Shown: positions 1-10,698 of the stretch, in pieces
Layout of the letters: each line of letters opens with the position of its first letter
Position numbering within the stretch: position 1 is the first letter of the stretch
Assembly: GCA_002104905.1 (NCBI GenBank)
Contig: MCFE01000392.1
Location: 1 to 64,000, forward strand
Direction of reading: 5' to 3'
DNA length: 64,000 nucleotides
DNA from: Basidiobolus meristosporus CBS 931.73
Lineage: Eukaryota > Fungi > Basidiobolomycota
The notes under the pieces: model-generated
Database searches by the model: none
Told to the model about the DNA's origin: nothing
Seen by the model: only the letters and a program-made list of their open reading frames with translations
Position numbers and translations under genes: made by a program

Positions 1-611
1 CAGAGTGATAGCTCTGATGAAGAACGCTCACTGATGGATTGTGAGCCTATCTCCCTTAACAACAGTACCACATATGAGCCCAGTCAAATCCCAATGTGCA
101 ATGAGACAACACCCATTGAAACAAATGCCAAGGATACTTTATGGAGCCAAGTGAGCCCAGTAATCCTTCTACTGGAGAATGATGTAATGTTGTGGCCAGA
201 GAAGTGGCGCGTTTCCACTAATATCAGTAATGGGCGCTTTGAGGATTTATCACTACTTCTTGCCAAAATCATTCCAGGATGCAACTTACCATGTACATGG
301 CACAAGTGGACAACTGTCATGTGGCTGGCAACATATGATCCAAAGACTGTCCTGATTCCAGCATGTATTAACAGTTGCACGGTGTTCACATCCCAAAATG
401 CAACCATTACAACATGTCTAAATTGTCAGGAATCCACCACCATTGAGGGAAAACTTTGCTGACACTCTGGATATATTCCAGTAATACCCTGTCTGAAGAA
501 GCTAATGCCGTTTGACCAATGTTGCAAAGCTATACATTACCACACTCAGTATCAATCAAGCACAAACATATCCAACATATTTGATGGCAAACATTACAAA
601 TAGTTAAGAAG
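1..611 (+). pseudogene. CACTA/EnSpm-like (family G) transposase fragment, 5' part
   Basis: ORF 34-462 (TYDPKTVLIPACINSC..TCLNCQES) continues through YIPVIP..NIFDGKHY. It aligns with 27195-27800 (+) and 45500-46100 (-). Window-truncated, with stops. Confidence 0.8.
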
Positions 612-700
612 CAAGATTGGCAGATGAGGTTCTAGACCTTGCATTGCTGGCTGAAGACTAGGATGTGTGGGAACCAGTGAATGAACAGTGGCACAGAGTG
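612..700 (+). pseudogene. Short fragment of family G accessory ORF-A, C-terminal part
   Basis: Reads RLADEVLDLALLAED*DVWEPVNEQWHR, matching ORFs 58308-58583 (-) and 56688-56933 (-). Confidence 0.75.
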
Positions 701-739
701 TATGTAGCTATGCAATGTCTGACACCAAGATCTGAGGGC

Positions 740-2170
740 ACTTTTGACCTTGTAGACTTCCTTACTGTGGAAATATGCTTTGATTAGAAAATGATAGACT
801 CCACTTCTCTGTCTGGCTATAATAGGCTGCTATCATTTTAAAGGTGATATCTGTGACTTCAGGCAGCTTGCCAATGATTTCTGTGGCTTTCTTAACTGAA
901 TTTTCTGCAAATGCCAAGTCCCTCTTGTTGGTGAGCTTCTATATGATGTAATTATAAACTTTACACCCTCAGCTTTTTTCACAAACCCCATGAGATTCCT
1001 TTTTCTACTATTTAATTCAAATTGGAGCTTTTTATCTCATGGATGCATCAGAAAATGTTACTGTTAGTTATCCATGGGTGCTGGCATGTATATGGTTTAA
1101 TGAGTGTAGAAGCAGGTAGTGTTATTGCTAGGTCTCCATCTTTGTTCTACAAGGAGTTAACAAATGTCTCAGCTTACAGATTGAGTTTCATTCCCTATCA
1201 TAAGCAAGATTCCTCCCACCTCTTCTGTTGTCCTATGCTCACATTGTGTTTCAGCATTTTGCTGCAGAGACTGCAGCACAGTAATCTACTGCAATATATC
1301 AGCAGTACATTGGTAGTTCATATACTCCTCAAAGCAGTATACCCTTTCATTGTCACCCAAAGTGCATCTTATATGTATCAGGTTTGTGTCTCTGACATAT
1401 GCCTGAGGAGTGTGAACATCCCTAGAGCCCCATTTTTTGCATAGAGCAACTATGCCTACTTTTGTTATCAGTAGACATCATAAAGTATCTGCTGGCTATC
1501 AAGGACAGTGTTTGTGCTGGCCTTCATCCTAATGAATGCACAATGGACAAACAATTGGTAATGATAATGCTGTCCAAGCCCTGCAATGCTGCCTAGCTTA
1601 TTTACTATATATATATTCCTTGCATATATTGGGCACCATTATAATTGAGTTGTATAGGCCTAAGACAAGTTTGATTCTCTCAATTTTGCTTTTATTTTGT
1701 TCCTTAGTATGTCCCAATTACATCTTAACTCTTTAAAGTCTGTAGTTCTTGCATCAAGCCTTGCTTCAAGAAGGAAGCTGGCTGGGCTGCTCTGGCTGCA
1801 GGTCAAGTCATTGATAGAATGGAAAAAGGCAATTGGGGCCTATAATCTTTCATATATCAAATAATGATTGGATATTAAGAACTTGTCAGGAGCTAGTGAT
1901 AATAGTTGCGCTGGATCAAATTCATGTAGAAAATTGGTATTTGTATCTTTACATTCTTTTACCATTACAGTTATGGTGCTAATATGGAGTGCTTGGTGAG
2001 AGTGCTTATTTGATCTTGACTATATGCAAATAATCATAGGATTGTAGAGCTGAGAGAATGTAACCAGGTATAGGCTCTAAATGAGTCCTAAAGTGAATAA
2101 GATTGGTCCTCCATTGCTCAGTATATTTTAGTTGCTGAATGATGCCAAATAGTCTTGTACCTCAGAACTC
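740..2170 (-). mobile_element. Degenerate, internally deleted Ty1/Copia remnant related to family D
   Basis: About 1960-2170 resembles the D LTR (gactatttggcatcattcagcaactaaaa on the minus strand). About 1740-1790 resembles the D gag start, 1500-1560 the integrase, and 860-930 the post-integrase region. Boundaries approximate. Confidence 0.6.
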
Positions 2171-2293
2171 AAATCTGGGCATCCTGAGGGCTGCAAAATG
2201 TTGTGAGCTCTTCACTTATAGCAATATGGCCACCTGGACCATTGCAGTATACCACAAAGAGTTCTGGCCATCCTCCTGGATTAATTGTAACGA

Positions 2294-3255
2294 TGTGGTG
2301 GTGTATAAGTCCAGAGGGCAAAATACGGCCAACACTTCTCAAGGGAAAACTATTGAACTACAATCCCCAACTTAGTTGGCGTCTTAACAAAAGTTTATAA
2401 TGGCTTCGATGTCCTTTGAGATGACAATGTACTAAAGCTTCCAAAGTCAAAACAACTGTAAACTCCACCAACAGGGACTTGATAAGAATGCAGCTTTGAC
2501 CAATAGTTACAAAGACTGAAAAGTATCTTTGCCTGTACAAGAACAAACTTGGGAAAACAAACAAATATTATAAAATATACCTACTCTGAGTATTCCTCAC
2601 AAGTAGTGCCTCCAAGGTCAGTTGGCTGTCAGCGCGGTTTCCTGGGAGTGTTGTCAGGTCTGAGTCAGAAAATAGTTGTAATAGGTAGCGGTGATCTCAC
2701 TAATCAATAAGTCGGAATATTGGAAGAGGGATGATTTATTTTAAGGGATAGCCTCCCTTATATACTTTTTTGCTGCTCAATTTCTTGCTAGAAAATACTT
2801 TCCGGAAGTTTCCAGAAGGTAGTAGACAACCAATCATGTCTTTGTGTACTAAAAATAGCGCAAATTCTTGGCGGATTGTTCCATGAGACATAGTAGCACC
2901 TAGCCAATCAGGTAGTGGTAATATGAAACCTCTGTGTCATGTGGTTGCCTCTTATGGTAGTGAGATGGGGGGTTATGAAACCAAGATGGTCATGTGACAT
3001 GGGCACTGTTGGGGTACTTGCCTTATAAGGTAACTATCTTATCTTGGCATCTCAGCAAGGAATAAGAATAGCTTGTGCAATGGGTTAATAGTGACAAATA
3101 GTTTGTCAGGTTGCATAGTAATAATCACATAGACAAAAATAGGAAATATTGCAAATTTGGGATGATAATAATATAGGCGGGGTATTCCTTTTTAGGGAAG
3201 TGAACGCATAAGAATGAGCACATCTGCCTGTGGGTGTCACTGTGACCCCACTACA
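2294..3255 (-). repeat. A1 3' LTR (962 bp, carries a 117-bp deletion)
   Basis: Direct repeat of 8290-9368 without 8340-8456; roughly a dozen substitutions by eye. Confidence 0.95.
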
Positions 3256-3291
3256 TCCACCCCCCTCTCAGCTTTGAACTCAGGTCAAAGC
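3256..3291 (-). promoter_or_regulatory. A1 polypurine tract and adjacent stem-loop
   Basis: Minus strand agaggggggtgga abuts the LTR TG. The hairpin gctttga-actcagg-tcaaagc lies at 3271-3291. Confidence 0.8.
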
Positions 3292-3294
3292 AAA

Positions 3295-6200
3295 CTAAAT
3301 GTGATGTGCAAAATTCCGGTGCTTGAATAGCTTAAGTCGGTTTCCTGCCACAGGTGCTCTTAGCGGTGTTCCATCAAGTTCAGACAGGTAGTAGCTTCCA
3401 TTTCCAATCACCTTAGAGATAATATATGGGCCAGACCACTTATTGTCAAATTTGCGACTCCACTGCTTGTCTAAAGTGGAATCATAGAGCAGTACTGGAT
3501 CTCCTTGCAGTAATGGTTTTGGTCTAAGGCTATGTGACTTGTCAAATGGTTCCTTGTTCTGAAGTCTTGTCTCTTTGAGTTTAGCAGCTGCTTGGGTAAT
3601 ATCAAGTTCATGGTGATCAAGCTGTTTGATGCGTGTAGTCAGTAGTTCTTCTGTACTCATTGTAGTTCTCCACTCTAGCATGTTCCAGGATATTGAGTCA
3701 AGCTCTATGGGAAGAACGCAATCATGTCCGTAAAGCAATTTGAATGGAGATAGACCTGTGCTGCGCTTTGTAGTGATTCTATCTGCCCAGAGTGCTAGAT
3801 GAAGTTGTGTAGGCCACTGTAGTGTCATGTTGTTGCAGCTCTTGACCAGGGAGTTAACTAACGGGCCATGGCCTCTTTCAACCATTCCATTGGCCTGTGG
3901 GTGATAAGCGGTGGTGAAAGCAATATGAATCTTGTATTGTGAGCAGAGTTCCTGGATCAAATTTGAGGTCATTTCTCCTCGGTCAGCAACAAACTGGCTG
4001 ATGCAGCCAAATCTGCATATTATATCTTCAAGAATAAATCTCCATATGGTGTGGCTTTTGTTATTGGATAGGGCTTGAGCTTCTACCCACCCACTCAGAT
4101 CATCTCTGGCAACAACAAGGTACTTCTTGGTTCCAGCAGTTGGCATGTGGACCAGGTCAATGCCAACCTTCTGCCATAGACAAGGTGTGTAGGTTGGATG
4201 GAGCGGCTCCTCATATCTCTTGGTTGACCTTCTTTGGCAAATGTCACAAGATTCAACAAAGTGTTGGACATCATGATGCATATGCTCCCAGTAGTATCTA
4301 CTGGAAACAATATTGTAAGTGGCATCTCTGCCTCTATGACCACCAGGTCTTCCTTCATGAAGGCTTGACATAATAGTCAGTTGTTCCTGGGGCTCAACTA
4401 TAACTCTCCTTGGTGTCTGTCCAGGCTTTACTCGTTTGAAGAGGAGTCCATCTTTTATGTAGAAATGATGGGCCTTCTTCCTGAGCTTTTTGAAATCATG
4501 TGGGCTCATTCCTGGTGGCTTCTCTAAGGTTCTCAGATAGTCTTGAATGGTGTTCCACGTAGAGTTGCTGGGCTTCTTCACGTGTAGTTGTCGGATTTCT
4601 GCATCAATTATGTCATCAAAGTCAGGGTCCATATCTTCAGACAACTGTGGTCCCTTCCTGGAGAGTGCATCAGCCACAACATTTGTCTTGCCAGGGATAT
4701 GTCTGACCTCAAAGTCAAACATTTTCAGCCATGCCATCCACCGATTTGTGGCATCATCAGGTAGATCAGGCTTGTTGATCATTCCTATAAGTGGCTTAGC
4801 ATCTGTCTCCAGGATGAAATGTGTCATGTAGAGTTGTGACTTCAGCTTTTTCAGCATCTTCACAACTCCTAGTAGCTCTCTCTTAATCTGTGAGTATCTT
4901 TGTTCTCTAGGAGAGAAGAGGCAGCTCTCATATCTGCAGGCATAGCGGTTACCGTCTTCATCATCTTGGCCAAGTAGTGCTCCAGCTCCTACAGGGCTTG
5001 CATCCACCGTCAAGATAGGTGGGCATTCAGTGTTCTGATAGTCAAGAGGTCTCAGAACTGGTGGAGATACTAAGGCCTCTTTTAGTAATTGCATGGCTTC
5101 TTCTTGCTCTTCTCCCCAGTTAAATGGGGCATTCTTTCTCTGTAGTCGGTAGATTGGTTCTGCTATCTCAGAAAATCTTGGGATCCAGATCCTAAAGAAC
5201 CCACAAGCTGCCACAAAGCCACGAGCCTGTGTTAGATTAGTGGGGGTAGGCCAGTTGCATATCTTTTGTGTCTTGGAGTCCCCAGGTGAACGACCAAAGG
5301 TGTTGCATTTTTGTCCAACAATGGATATCTCTGATACCCCAAAGCTGCTTTTCTCACCACTGATGGTGAGTCCAGCCTTTTCAATGGCTCCTAATATGGC
5401 ATCATTGTCTGAAATATGGTCATAGACAAACTTTCTTACTCCAGGCATAACTTCAGTTGTGTCCCGGAGTTTTGGTCCTTTGATGCCTATATCATCAAAA
5501 AAGACAGCAAGTTTCTCAGGTATAAACTGGTAGAGCACATTCACCATGCATCTCTGGAACTGAGCCACGGAGTTTGTGGCCCCTTGGCTGAGTCTTGTCA
5601 TTCTTAACAGTCCAAATGGTGTCTGGAGTGCAAACATATCTCTTGATGTCTCATCTAGGGGGATCTGGTCATATCCTGAGTAGAGATCATATGTTGAGTA
5701 GATGGAGTGACCACTAAAGCTTTCTGCAAAGTCATCAATAGACGGAGGTATTGCGGCATCTCTGATAGTGACAGCATTTGCAGGTTGCATGTCTTGAATG
5801 AATCGGAGCTTCCCATTCTTCTTTTTGGTCACAAACCATCTGTTAGCATAAGGTCCATGGCAAGGTTCTAGGATACCAGCTTCAATCTTCTTCTTAAGTA
5901 GGTCATGCACATCAGCTTGGAGTCCTCTAGGTAGTGGGTAAGGCTTAAATGACCAGGGTGTGTGGGGCACTGTATGAATCTTAATAGGTTTTTCAACCAA
6001 TGTCTTTAAGAGTCCCATCTCCTTGTCGTTATATGAGAAAACCTTATCATGCCTTATCAGGGTTTCTTCAAATAGTAAGATCTCCTCCGGTGTTAGGTTT
6101 CCATCACCAATGATAAGTTGGTTAAGTCTCTGAGGTGTAAGTCGTATATCTTCTGGTGTTCCTTCTGGTGGTCTGATGTAATCAGCAGGTCGAGATCCAT

Positions 6201-6960
6201 CAGTTAAAGGTGTAAGTGATGATCTAATCTTCTGTTCTACTGTCTTGTATTTTGTGCAAACCATAGCTGTCTGCTCCTGTATACCTAATGAGCAGCTCCA
6301 ACTGTTGGGGTGTATATTGTCAGGCTCCTCATCTTCTTCTATAACAAGTTGTGTCTTCTGGCAGGCGGTATGTGTCCTCTTATTGTTGGGTGTTACCCCA
6401 CAGAATGTTGACTGTAGTCCTGGGTTGGATCCTTGTATAGTGTACCACACTGACCCATCAGAATAGTTGGTAGTAGTAGCCTTAGTACTGGTCTCCCATG
6501 GTCTGCCTAACAGAAGGTCAAAGTTTGCCTTCTGGCAGATAAAGAGGGGAAGCCAGACCTTGATTCCTTGTACCTCAATAGGGAACTTGTGCACTACACC
6601 ATAGAGTGGACTAGATCCTGAGTTTGCATCAGTCATGTTCCATCCAATATCTCTATCAACAGGCAGTAGCTCCTTGCTTCTAAGCATCTTCCAGAAGTCT
6701 AGCGGCATAACACAAATCTCCAAACCACTGTCAATATGGCAGTCAACAGGGTCATCATAAATATACCCTTTCACCACAGCAGTTGCAACTGAGTAAAAGG
6801 TCTTATATTTGGTAGCGTTGTCATCCTTTTTGTGGTCTTCATGGTTTGTCTGGATTATATGGGTGTCCATATGTTCAACAGCTTGTCTTCTTGTTCTAAG
6901 CTGCTCATCAAAGGTCTTCCTAACAGACGGTGATACACTCATGATTTCTCCAACTGACAA
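3295..6960 (-). CDS. pol: Gypsy Pol (protease, RT, RNase H, integrase with GPY motif), 1221 aa
   Basis: HIDSG protease, KKKNGKLRFIQD and FFDD RT, TVDAS RNase H, HHCC zinc finger, IDLVHM and ADRGE integrase core, WSGPY. It is separated from gag by a 1-bp insertion absent from copy A3. Confidence 0.92.
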   Translation of the reverse strand: MSVGEIMSVSPSVRKTFDEQLRTRRQAVEHMDTHIIQTNHEDHKKDDNATKYKTFYSVATAVVKGYIYDDPVDCHIDSGLEICVMPLDFWKMLRSKELLPVDRDIGWNMTDANSGSSPLYGVVHKFPIEVQGIKVWLPLFICQKANFDLLLGRPWETSTKATTTNYSDGSVWYTIQGSNPGLQSTFCGVTPNNKRTHTACQKTQLVIEEDEEPDNIHPNSWSCSLGIQEQTAMVCTKYKTVEQKIRSSLTPLTDGSRPADYIRPPEGTPEDIRLTPQRLNQLIIGDGNLTPEEILLFEETLIRHDKVFSYNDKEMGLLKTLVEKPIKIHTVPHTPWSFKPYPLPRGLQADVHDLLKKKIEAGILEPCHGPYANRWFVTKKKNGKLRFIQDMQPANAVTIRDAAIPPSIDDFAESFSGHSIYSTYDLYSGYDQIPLDETSRDMFALQTPFGLLRMTRLSQGATNSVAQFQRCMVNVLYQFIPEKLAVFFDDIGIKGPKLRDTTEVMPGVRKFVYDHISDNDAILGAIEKAGLTISGEKSSFGVSEISIVGQKCNTFGRSPGDSKTQKICNWPTPTNLTQARGFVAACGFFRIWIPRFSEIAEPIYRLQRKNAPFNWGEEQEEAMQLLKEALVSPPVLRPLDYQNTECPPILTVDASPVGAGALLGQDDEDGNRYACRYESCLFSPREQRYSQIKRELLGVVKMLKKLKSQLYMTHFILETDAKPLIGMINKPDLPDDATNRWMAWLKMFDFEVRHIPGKTNVVADALSRKGPQLSEDMDPDFDDIIDAEIRQLHVKKPSNSTWNTIQDYLRTLEKPPGMSPHDFKKLRKKAHHFYIKDGLLFKRVKPGQTPRRVIVEPQEQLTIMSSLHEGRPGGHRGRDATYNIVSSRYYWEHMHHDVQHFVESCDICQRRSTKRYEEPLHPTYTPCLWQKVGIDLVHMPTAGTKKYLVVARDDLSGWVEAQALSNNKSHTIWRFILEDIICRFGCISQFVADRGEMTSNLIQELCSQYKIHIAFTTAYHPQANGMVERGHGPLVNSLVKSCNNMTLQWPTQLHLALWADRITTKRSTGLSPFKLLYGHDCVLPIELDSISWNMLEWRTTMSTEELLTTRIKQLDHHELDITQAAAKLKETRLQNKEPFDKSHSLRPKPLLQGDPVLLYDSTLDKQWSRKFDNKWSGPYIISKVIGNGSYYLSELDGTPLRAPVAGNRLKLFKHRNFAHHI

Positions 6961-8149
6961 GAGTGAGGTTCTGCTTCAGTAGTTTCTCAGTAATCAATTG
7001 GGGGCTTGAGTAGCCTGCTATCTTTGAGGTCATCTGAAAGTGAGGTAATGGGTCTTGGGTAGGCAGTGTTCCAGGCCTCTTGTCAATAATAACCTCAGGC
7101 TCTTCAAATTGTGGTCTTCTAAGGATGGGTTTGACAGGTTCTTCAGGAAGGTGTCTCTTAGTAGCAAAGGTGTCTACTTCGTATTTTATGTTGTCAGGGC
7201 TGTTTGGACTCACTGTATGAGTCTCAATAGGGGCATCAACAGTAATCTTTCTAGTTGCTGAGTCAGACTTCTGGAAAAGGGCTCTCATTCCGCCTCTTCT
7301 GAAATTAGTGGGAATCCTTTTTCCTTCCTTATCAGCAAGCATTCCATCAGCATCAAACTGTACTGTTCCTTCTCTAAGTAGCTGGCTAAGCTCTGAGCAT
7401 TCACGTCTGGCATGCTGAGTAGAGTCACACCAAATGCAGTGTCTAGGCAGAGCTCTTTGGCCCTCAGTAGCTACCTTGGCTGAGCCGTTAATCTTGAGGG
7501 CTAGCTTTTGTAGCTGTTCAGCAAGTTGGTCAATTCTGTCGGTAGTGTAGGTCTGATTGTCAGCAACAGCACTCTTTGGCTCCTTAGTTGGCTGGTCTGG
7601 CAGATTAGATGTCAGGAGTCTCATAAAGGTAGAAGTTTGCTTTGCCTCTAGGAGTACACGTTTCATCTCTGCAAAGCAAGGAATGCCAGACTTGTCATCC
7701 TTGGCTGCATGTAGGTCAACTTTCCTTGCCAATTCCTGGGGAAGCCCTTGTGCAAGGTAAAGTGTCATGGTAAACTCAGTTATCGCCTGGGACTCTAGGA
7801 GTGGCTTGGCCATATCTTCATATTGTTGAATGAACTCTTCAAGTGGTAGCTTGGAGAGTCCCATCCTTCCAAAGTGTCTGAGGTCCTCAATTCCATAGTA
7901 TATCTGGGGTCTGCCATACTTGGTCTGTAGGTAGGTCTTCATTAAGGTCCAGTCAGTCAGAATGTCTCCTTGTCTGAGAAGCTTAGTAGTAATATCATTG
8001 GTGCAGTAGTAGGGGAAGTCTTCAGCCATTTCTTGTTCAGATAGGCTGCACATCTTGCAGAGCTTCTCCCATTTGTATATGAAGCTCTCCACATTCTTTC
8101 CATCAAACTGTGGGGCTCCATGTGAGAGTGGTAACGGCATAGAGTTCAT
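6920..8149 (-). CDS. gag: Gypsy Gag with CX2CX4HX4C knuckle, 409 aa
   Basis: CIWCDSTQHARREC. Nearly identical to the ORF starting at 62557 and homologous to ORF 10699-12492. Confidence 0.9.
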   Translation of the reverse strand: MNSMPLPLSHGAPQFDGKNVESFIYKWEKLCKMCSLSEQEMAEDFPYYCTNDITTKLLRQGDILTDWTLMKTYLQTKYGRPQIYYGIEDLRHFGRMGLSKLPLEEFIQQYEDMAKPLLESQAITEFTMTLYLAQGLPQELARKVDLHAAKDDKSGIPCFAEMKRVLLEAKQTSTFMRLLTSNLPDQPTKEPKSAVADNQTYTTDRIDQLAEQLQKLALKINGSAKVATEGQRALPRHCIWCDSTQHARRECSELSQLLREGTVQFDADGMLADKEGKRIPTNFRRGGMRALFQKSDSATRKITVDAPIETHTVSPNSPDNIKYEVDTFATKRHLPEEPVKPILRRPQFEEPEVIIDKRPGTLPTQDPLPHFQMTSKIAGYSSPQLITEKLLKQNLTLVSWRNHECITVC

Positions 8150-8267
8150 TTTGGGTGGGTAGGTTGGTGTTGTAGTCTTGATAATATTGGTAGTCTTGTT
8201 TCAATAAATGGGTAACGGCTCAAATCTTCAGGTAAATCTTGTTGGGTCCTAGGGAGCTTGTATGAAC

Positions 8268-8285
8268 CCCCCACATTGGGTGCCA
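8268..8285 (-). promoter_or_regulatory. A1 primer-binding site, tRNA-Lys-like
   Basis: TGGCACCCAATGTGGGGG lies 4 nt inside the 5' LTR. It resembles the retroviral tRNA-Lys(CUU) PBS TGGCGCCCAACGTGGGGC. The primer identity is inferred. Confidence 0.7.
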
Positions 8286-8289
8286 AATA

Positions 8290-9368
8290 TGTGGTGGTGT
8301 ATAAGTCCAGAGGGCAAAATACGGCCAACACTTCTCAAGTGTGAATGTGTGTGGGGTGTTCACTGGGTGCAATAACCTCTGGCAAAAGCTTGCTAGGAAT
8401 ACTGGGTCTTTTGTCTAATCTAATGTGATGGGGGATAAAGCCTCAAGCTTGTCAAGGGAAAACTATTGAACTACAATCCCCAACTTAGTTGGCGTCTTAA
8501 CAAAAGTTTATAATGGCTTCGACGTCCTTTGAGATGACAATGTACTAAAGCTTCCAAAGTCAAAACAACTGTAAACTCCACCAACAGGGACTTGATAAGA
8601 ATGCAGCTTTGACCAATAGTTACAAAGACTGAAAAGTATCTTTGCCTGTACAAGAACAAACTTGGGAAAACAAACAAATATAATAAAATATACCTACTCT
8701 GAGTATTCCTCACAAGTAGTGCCTCCAAGGTCAGTTGGCTGTCAGCGCGGTTTCCTGGGAGTGTTGTCAGGTCTGAGTCAGAAAATAGTGGTAATAGGTA
8801 GCGGTGATCTCACTAATCAATAAGTCGGAATATTGGAAGAGGGATGATTTATTTTAAGGGATAGCCTCCCTTATATACTTTTTTGCTGCTCAATTTCTTG
8901 CTAGAAAATACTTTCCGGAAGTTTCCAGAAGGTAGTAGACAACCAATCATGTCTTTGTGTACTAAAAATAGCGCAAATTCTTGGCGGATTGTTCCATGAG
9001 ACATAGTAGCACCTAGCCAATCAGGTAGTGGTAACATGAAACCTCTGCGTCATGTGGTTGCCTCTTATGGTAGTGAGATGGGGAATTATGAAACCAAGAT
9101 GGTCACGTGACATGGGCACTGTTGGGGTACTTGCCTTATAAGGTAACTATCTTATCTTGCCATCTCGGCAAGGAATAAGAATAGCTTGTGTAATGGGTTA
9201 ATAGTGACAAATAGTTTGTCAGGTTGCATAGTAATAATCACATAGACAAAAATAGGAAATATTGCAAATTTGGGATGATAATAATATAGGCGGGGTAATC
9301 CTTTTTAGGGAAGTGAACGCATAAGAATGAGCACATCTGCCTGTGGGTGTCACTGTGACCCCACTACA
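8290..9368 (-). repeat. A1 5' LTR (1079 bp)
   Basis: TG...CA ends. Reverse complement of 61337-62416. Contains CCTTATAAGG (9134-9143) and TCACGTGA. Confidence 0.95.
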
Positions 9369-9753
9369 CCGGTACCCCACTGACCAGGCCAAAGTTGGTT
9401 TCATCTTCAACCTGCTTACTGGTACAGCTCTCAAGTGGTTCTCCCCATTAGTGGAGACCAACTCTCCCCTACTCAGAGACTACCAAGCTTTTCTCACAGA
9501 AATGGAGCTAATGTTTGGTAATCTTGACCAAGCCAGAACTGCTGCAAACAAGATCAAGACCCTCAAACAAGGGAACAAACCAGCCTCAGTATATGCCTCA
9601 GAATTCTGACAACTCTCCAGTGACCTCAGCTCCTGGGGTCAAGCAGCCTTGATAAGCCAATTCTAAGATGGCCTTAATGATGAAGTTTGTGATCTGCTAC
9701 TCACACTCCCAGATCCAGATACATTGGTTGAAGCTATGCACCAAGCAATCCGG

Positions 9754-10557
9754 TGTGGTGGTGTAGAAGTACTCCTGGGAGAAGCTACACAACTCAAGGT
9801 GTGTGAGGTGTCTGATGGGTGTGATAACCTCTGTGTCTAAACTGCTGGTGTCTTTGTCAATATGTCACTATGGTAAAAGCTCCTGCTTCTCTAGCTTCCT
9901 AGGTGCTCCAAGTGTCTCCAAAGGCCTCTGTGTGTCTTGTGCACTACCCTGAAAAGCTCCTTGATGGCAGGTCTGAGATGTACTGTTGAAGGCAGGTGCA
10001 GTGATCAACTGCTAATCAATAAGGTAGAAGTGTTACTGATAGAAGGGATGATTTATTGATGAGGGATTGCTTTCCCTTAAATACTTTTCCTGATTGCCAA
10101 GTGATTACTAATGACAAGGTTCTAGAAGATTCTAGGTATCAGTGGAATTCTTGATGACATCACTACAAGCTAAAAATATGCCAAGAATGTCCTGGAAGGT
10201 TCTAAAAGTCACAGCACTCTCAACCAATCAGGAATCAGTAGTCTGAAACCTGTGCAACATAGAAATACCATATATGGTATTGAAATGATAGAGATGGTAA
10301 CACAGACCTAGGTCATGTGTCACGGGTACTGACGCGGGTACATGCCTTATATAGATACATCTACTGATCACAAAGCTGAATAACATCTGGGATAACTAAT
10401 GCTAATAACTACTCAGGGTAAACATCATATGGGGATAATACTGATAATATGGGCAAAAGAAGAATGGGATAATACTGATAAGATAAAATATGGATAAGTA
10501 TATCATAATGACTATATGAATAAACTTGTCTGTGGGAGGTATGTTTACCCTACCACA
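9754..10557 (-). repeat. B 3' LTR (804 bp)
   Basis: Direct repeat of 12567-13370. Contains the 18-bp palindrome aataccatatatggtatt (10264-10281). Confidence 0.95.
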
Positions 10558-10698
10558 TCCACCCCCCACTTGAGCTAAAAAGTTCCCTGAAACTTTTTAG
10601 CTAACCACTGTAAGTTTGGAGAACAAAGTGCTCTCTCAGTCTTCCTCAATGAAGCCACCTGTTCTTTCTTGAGATAGAAATCTACATGATGTCATTGA

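Larger units (their letters stand above)
2294..9368 (-). mobile_element. Ty3/Gypsy LTR retrotransposon family A, copy A1
   Basis: Paired LTRs TGTAGTGG...CCACCACA, PBS, PPT, and gag plus PR-RT-RH-IN ORFs. Flanks do not match (acga left, ccgg right). Confidence 0.95.

Noticed and set aside
6920-6970. Overlapping gag/pol in A1 as a programmed frameshift
   Set aside because: A3 lacks the extra C and B is in frame at the same place, so it is a 1-bp insertion lesion.
8471-9461. Small ORFs within A LTRs (also 2358-2564 and 61978-62235) as genes
   Set aside because: They recur only because the LTR is repeated; no coding motifs.
10380-10520. Repeated gggataatactgataa words in the B LTR as a CRISPR-like or satellite array
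   Set aside because: Only two or three irregular copies inside the U3 region; the context is eukaryotic and has no cas genes.
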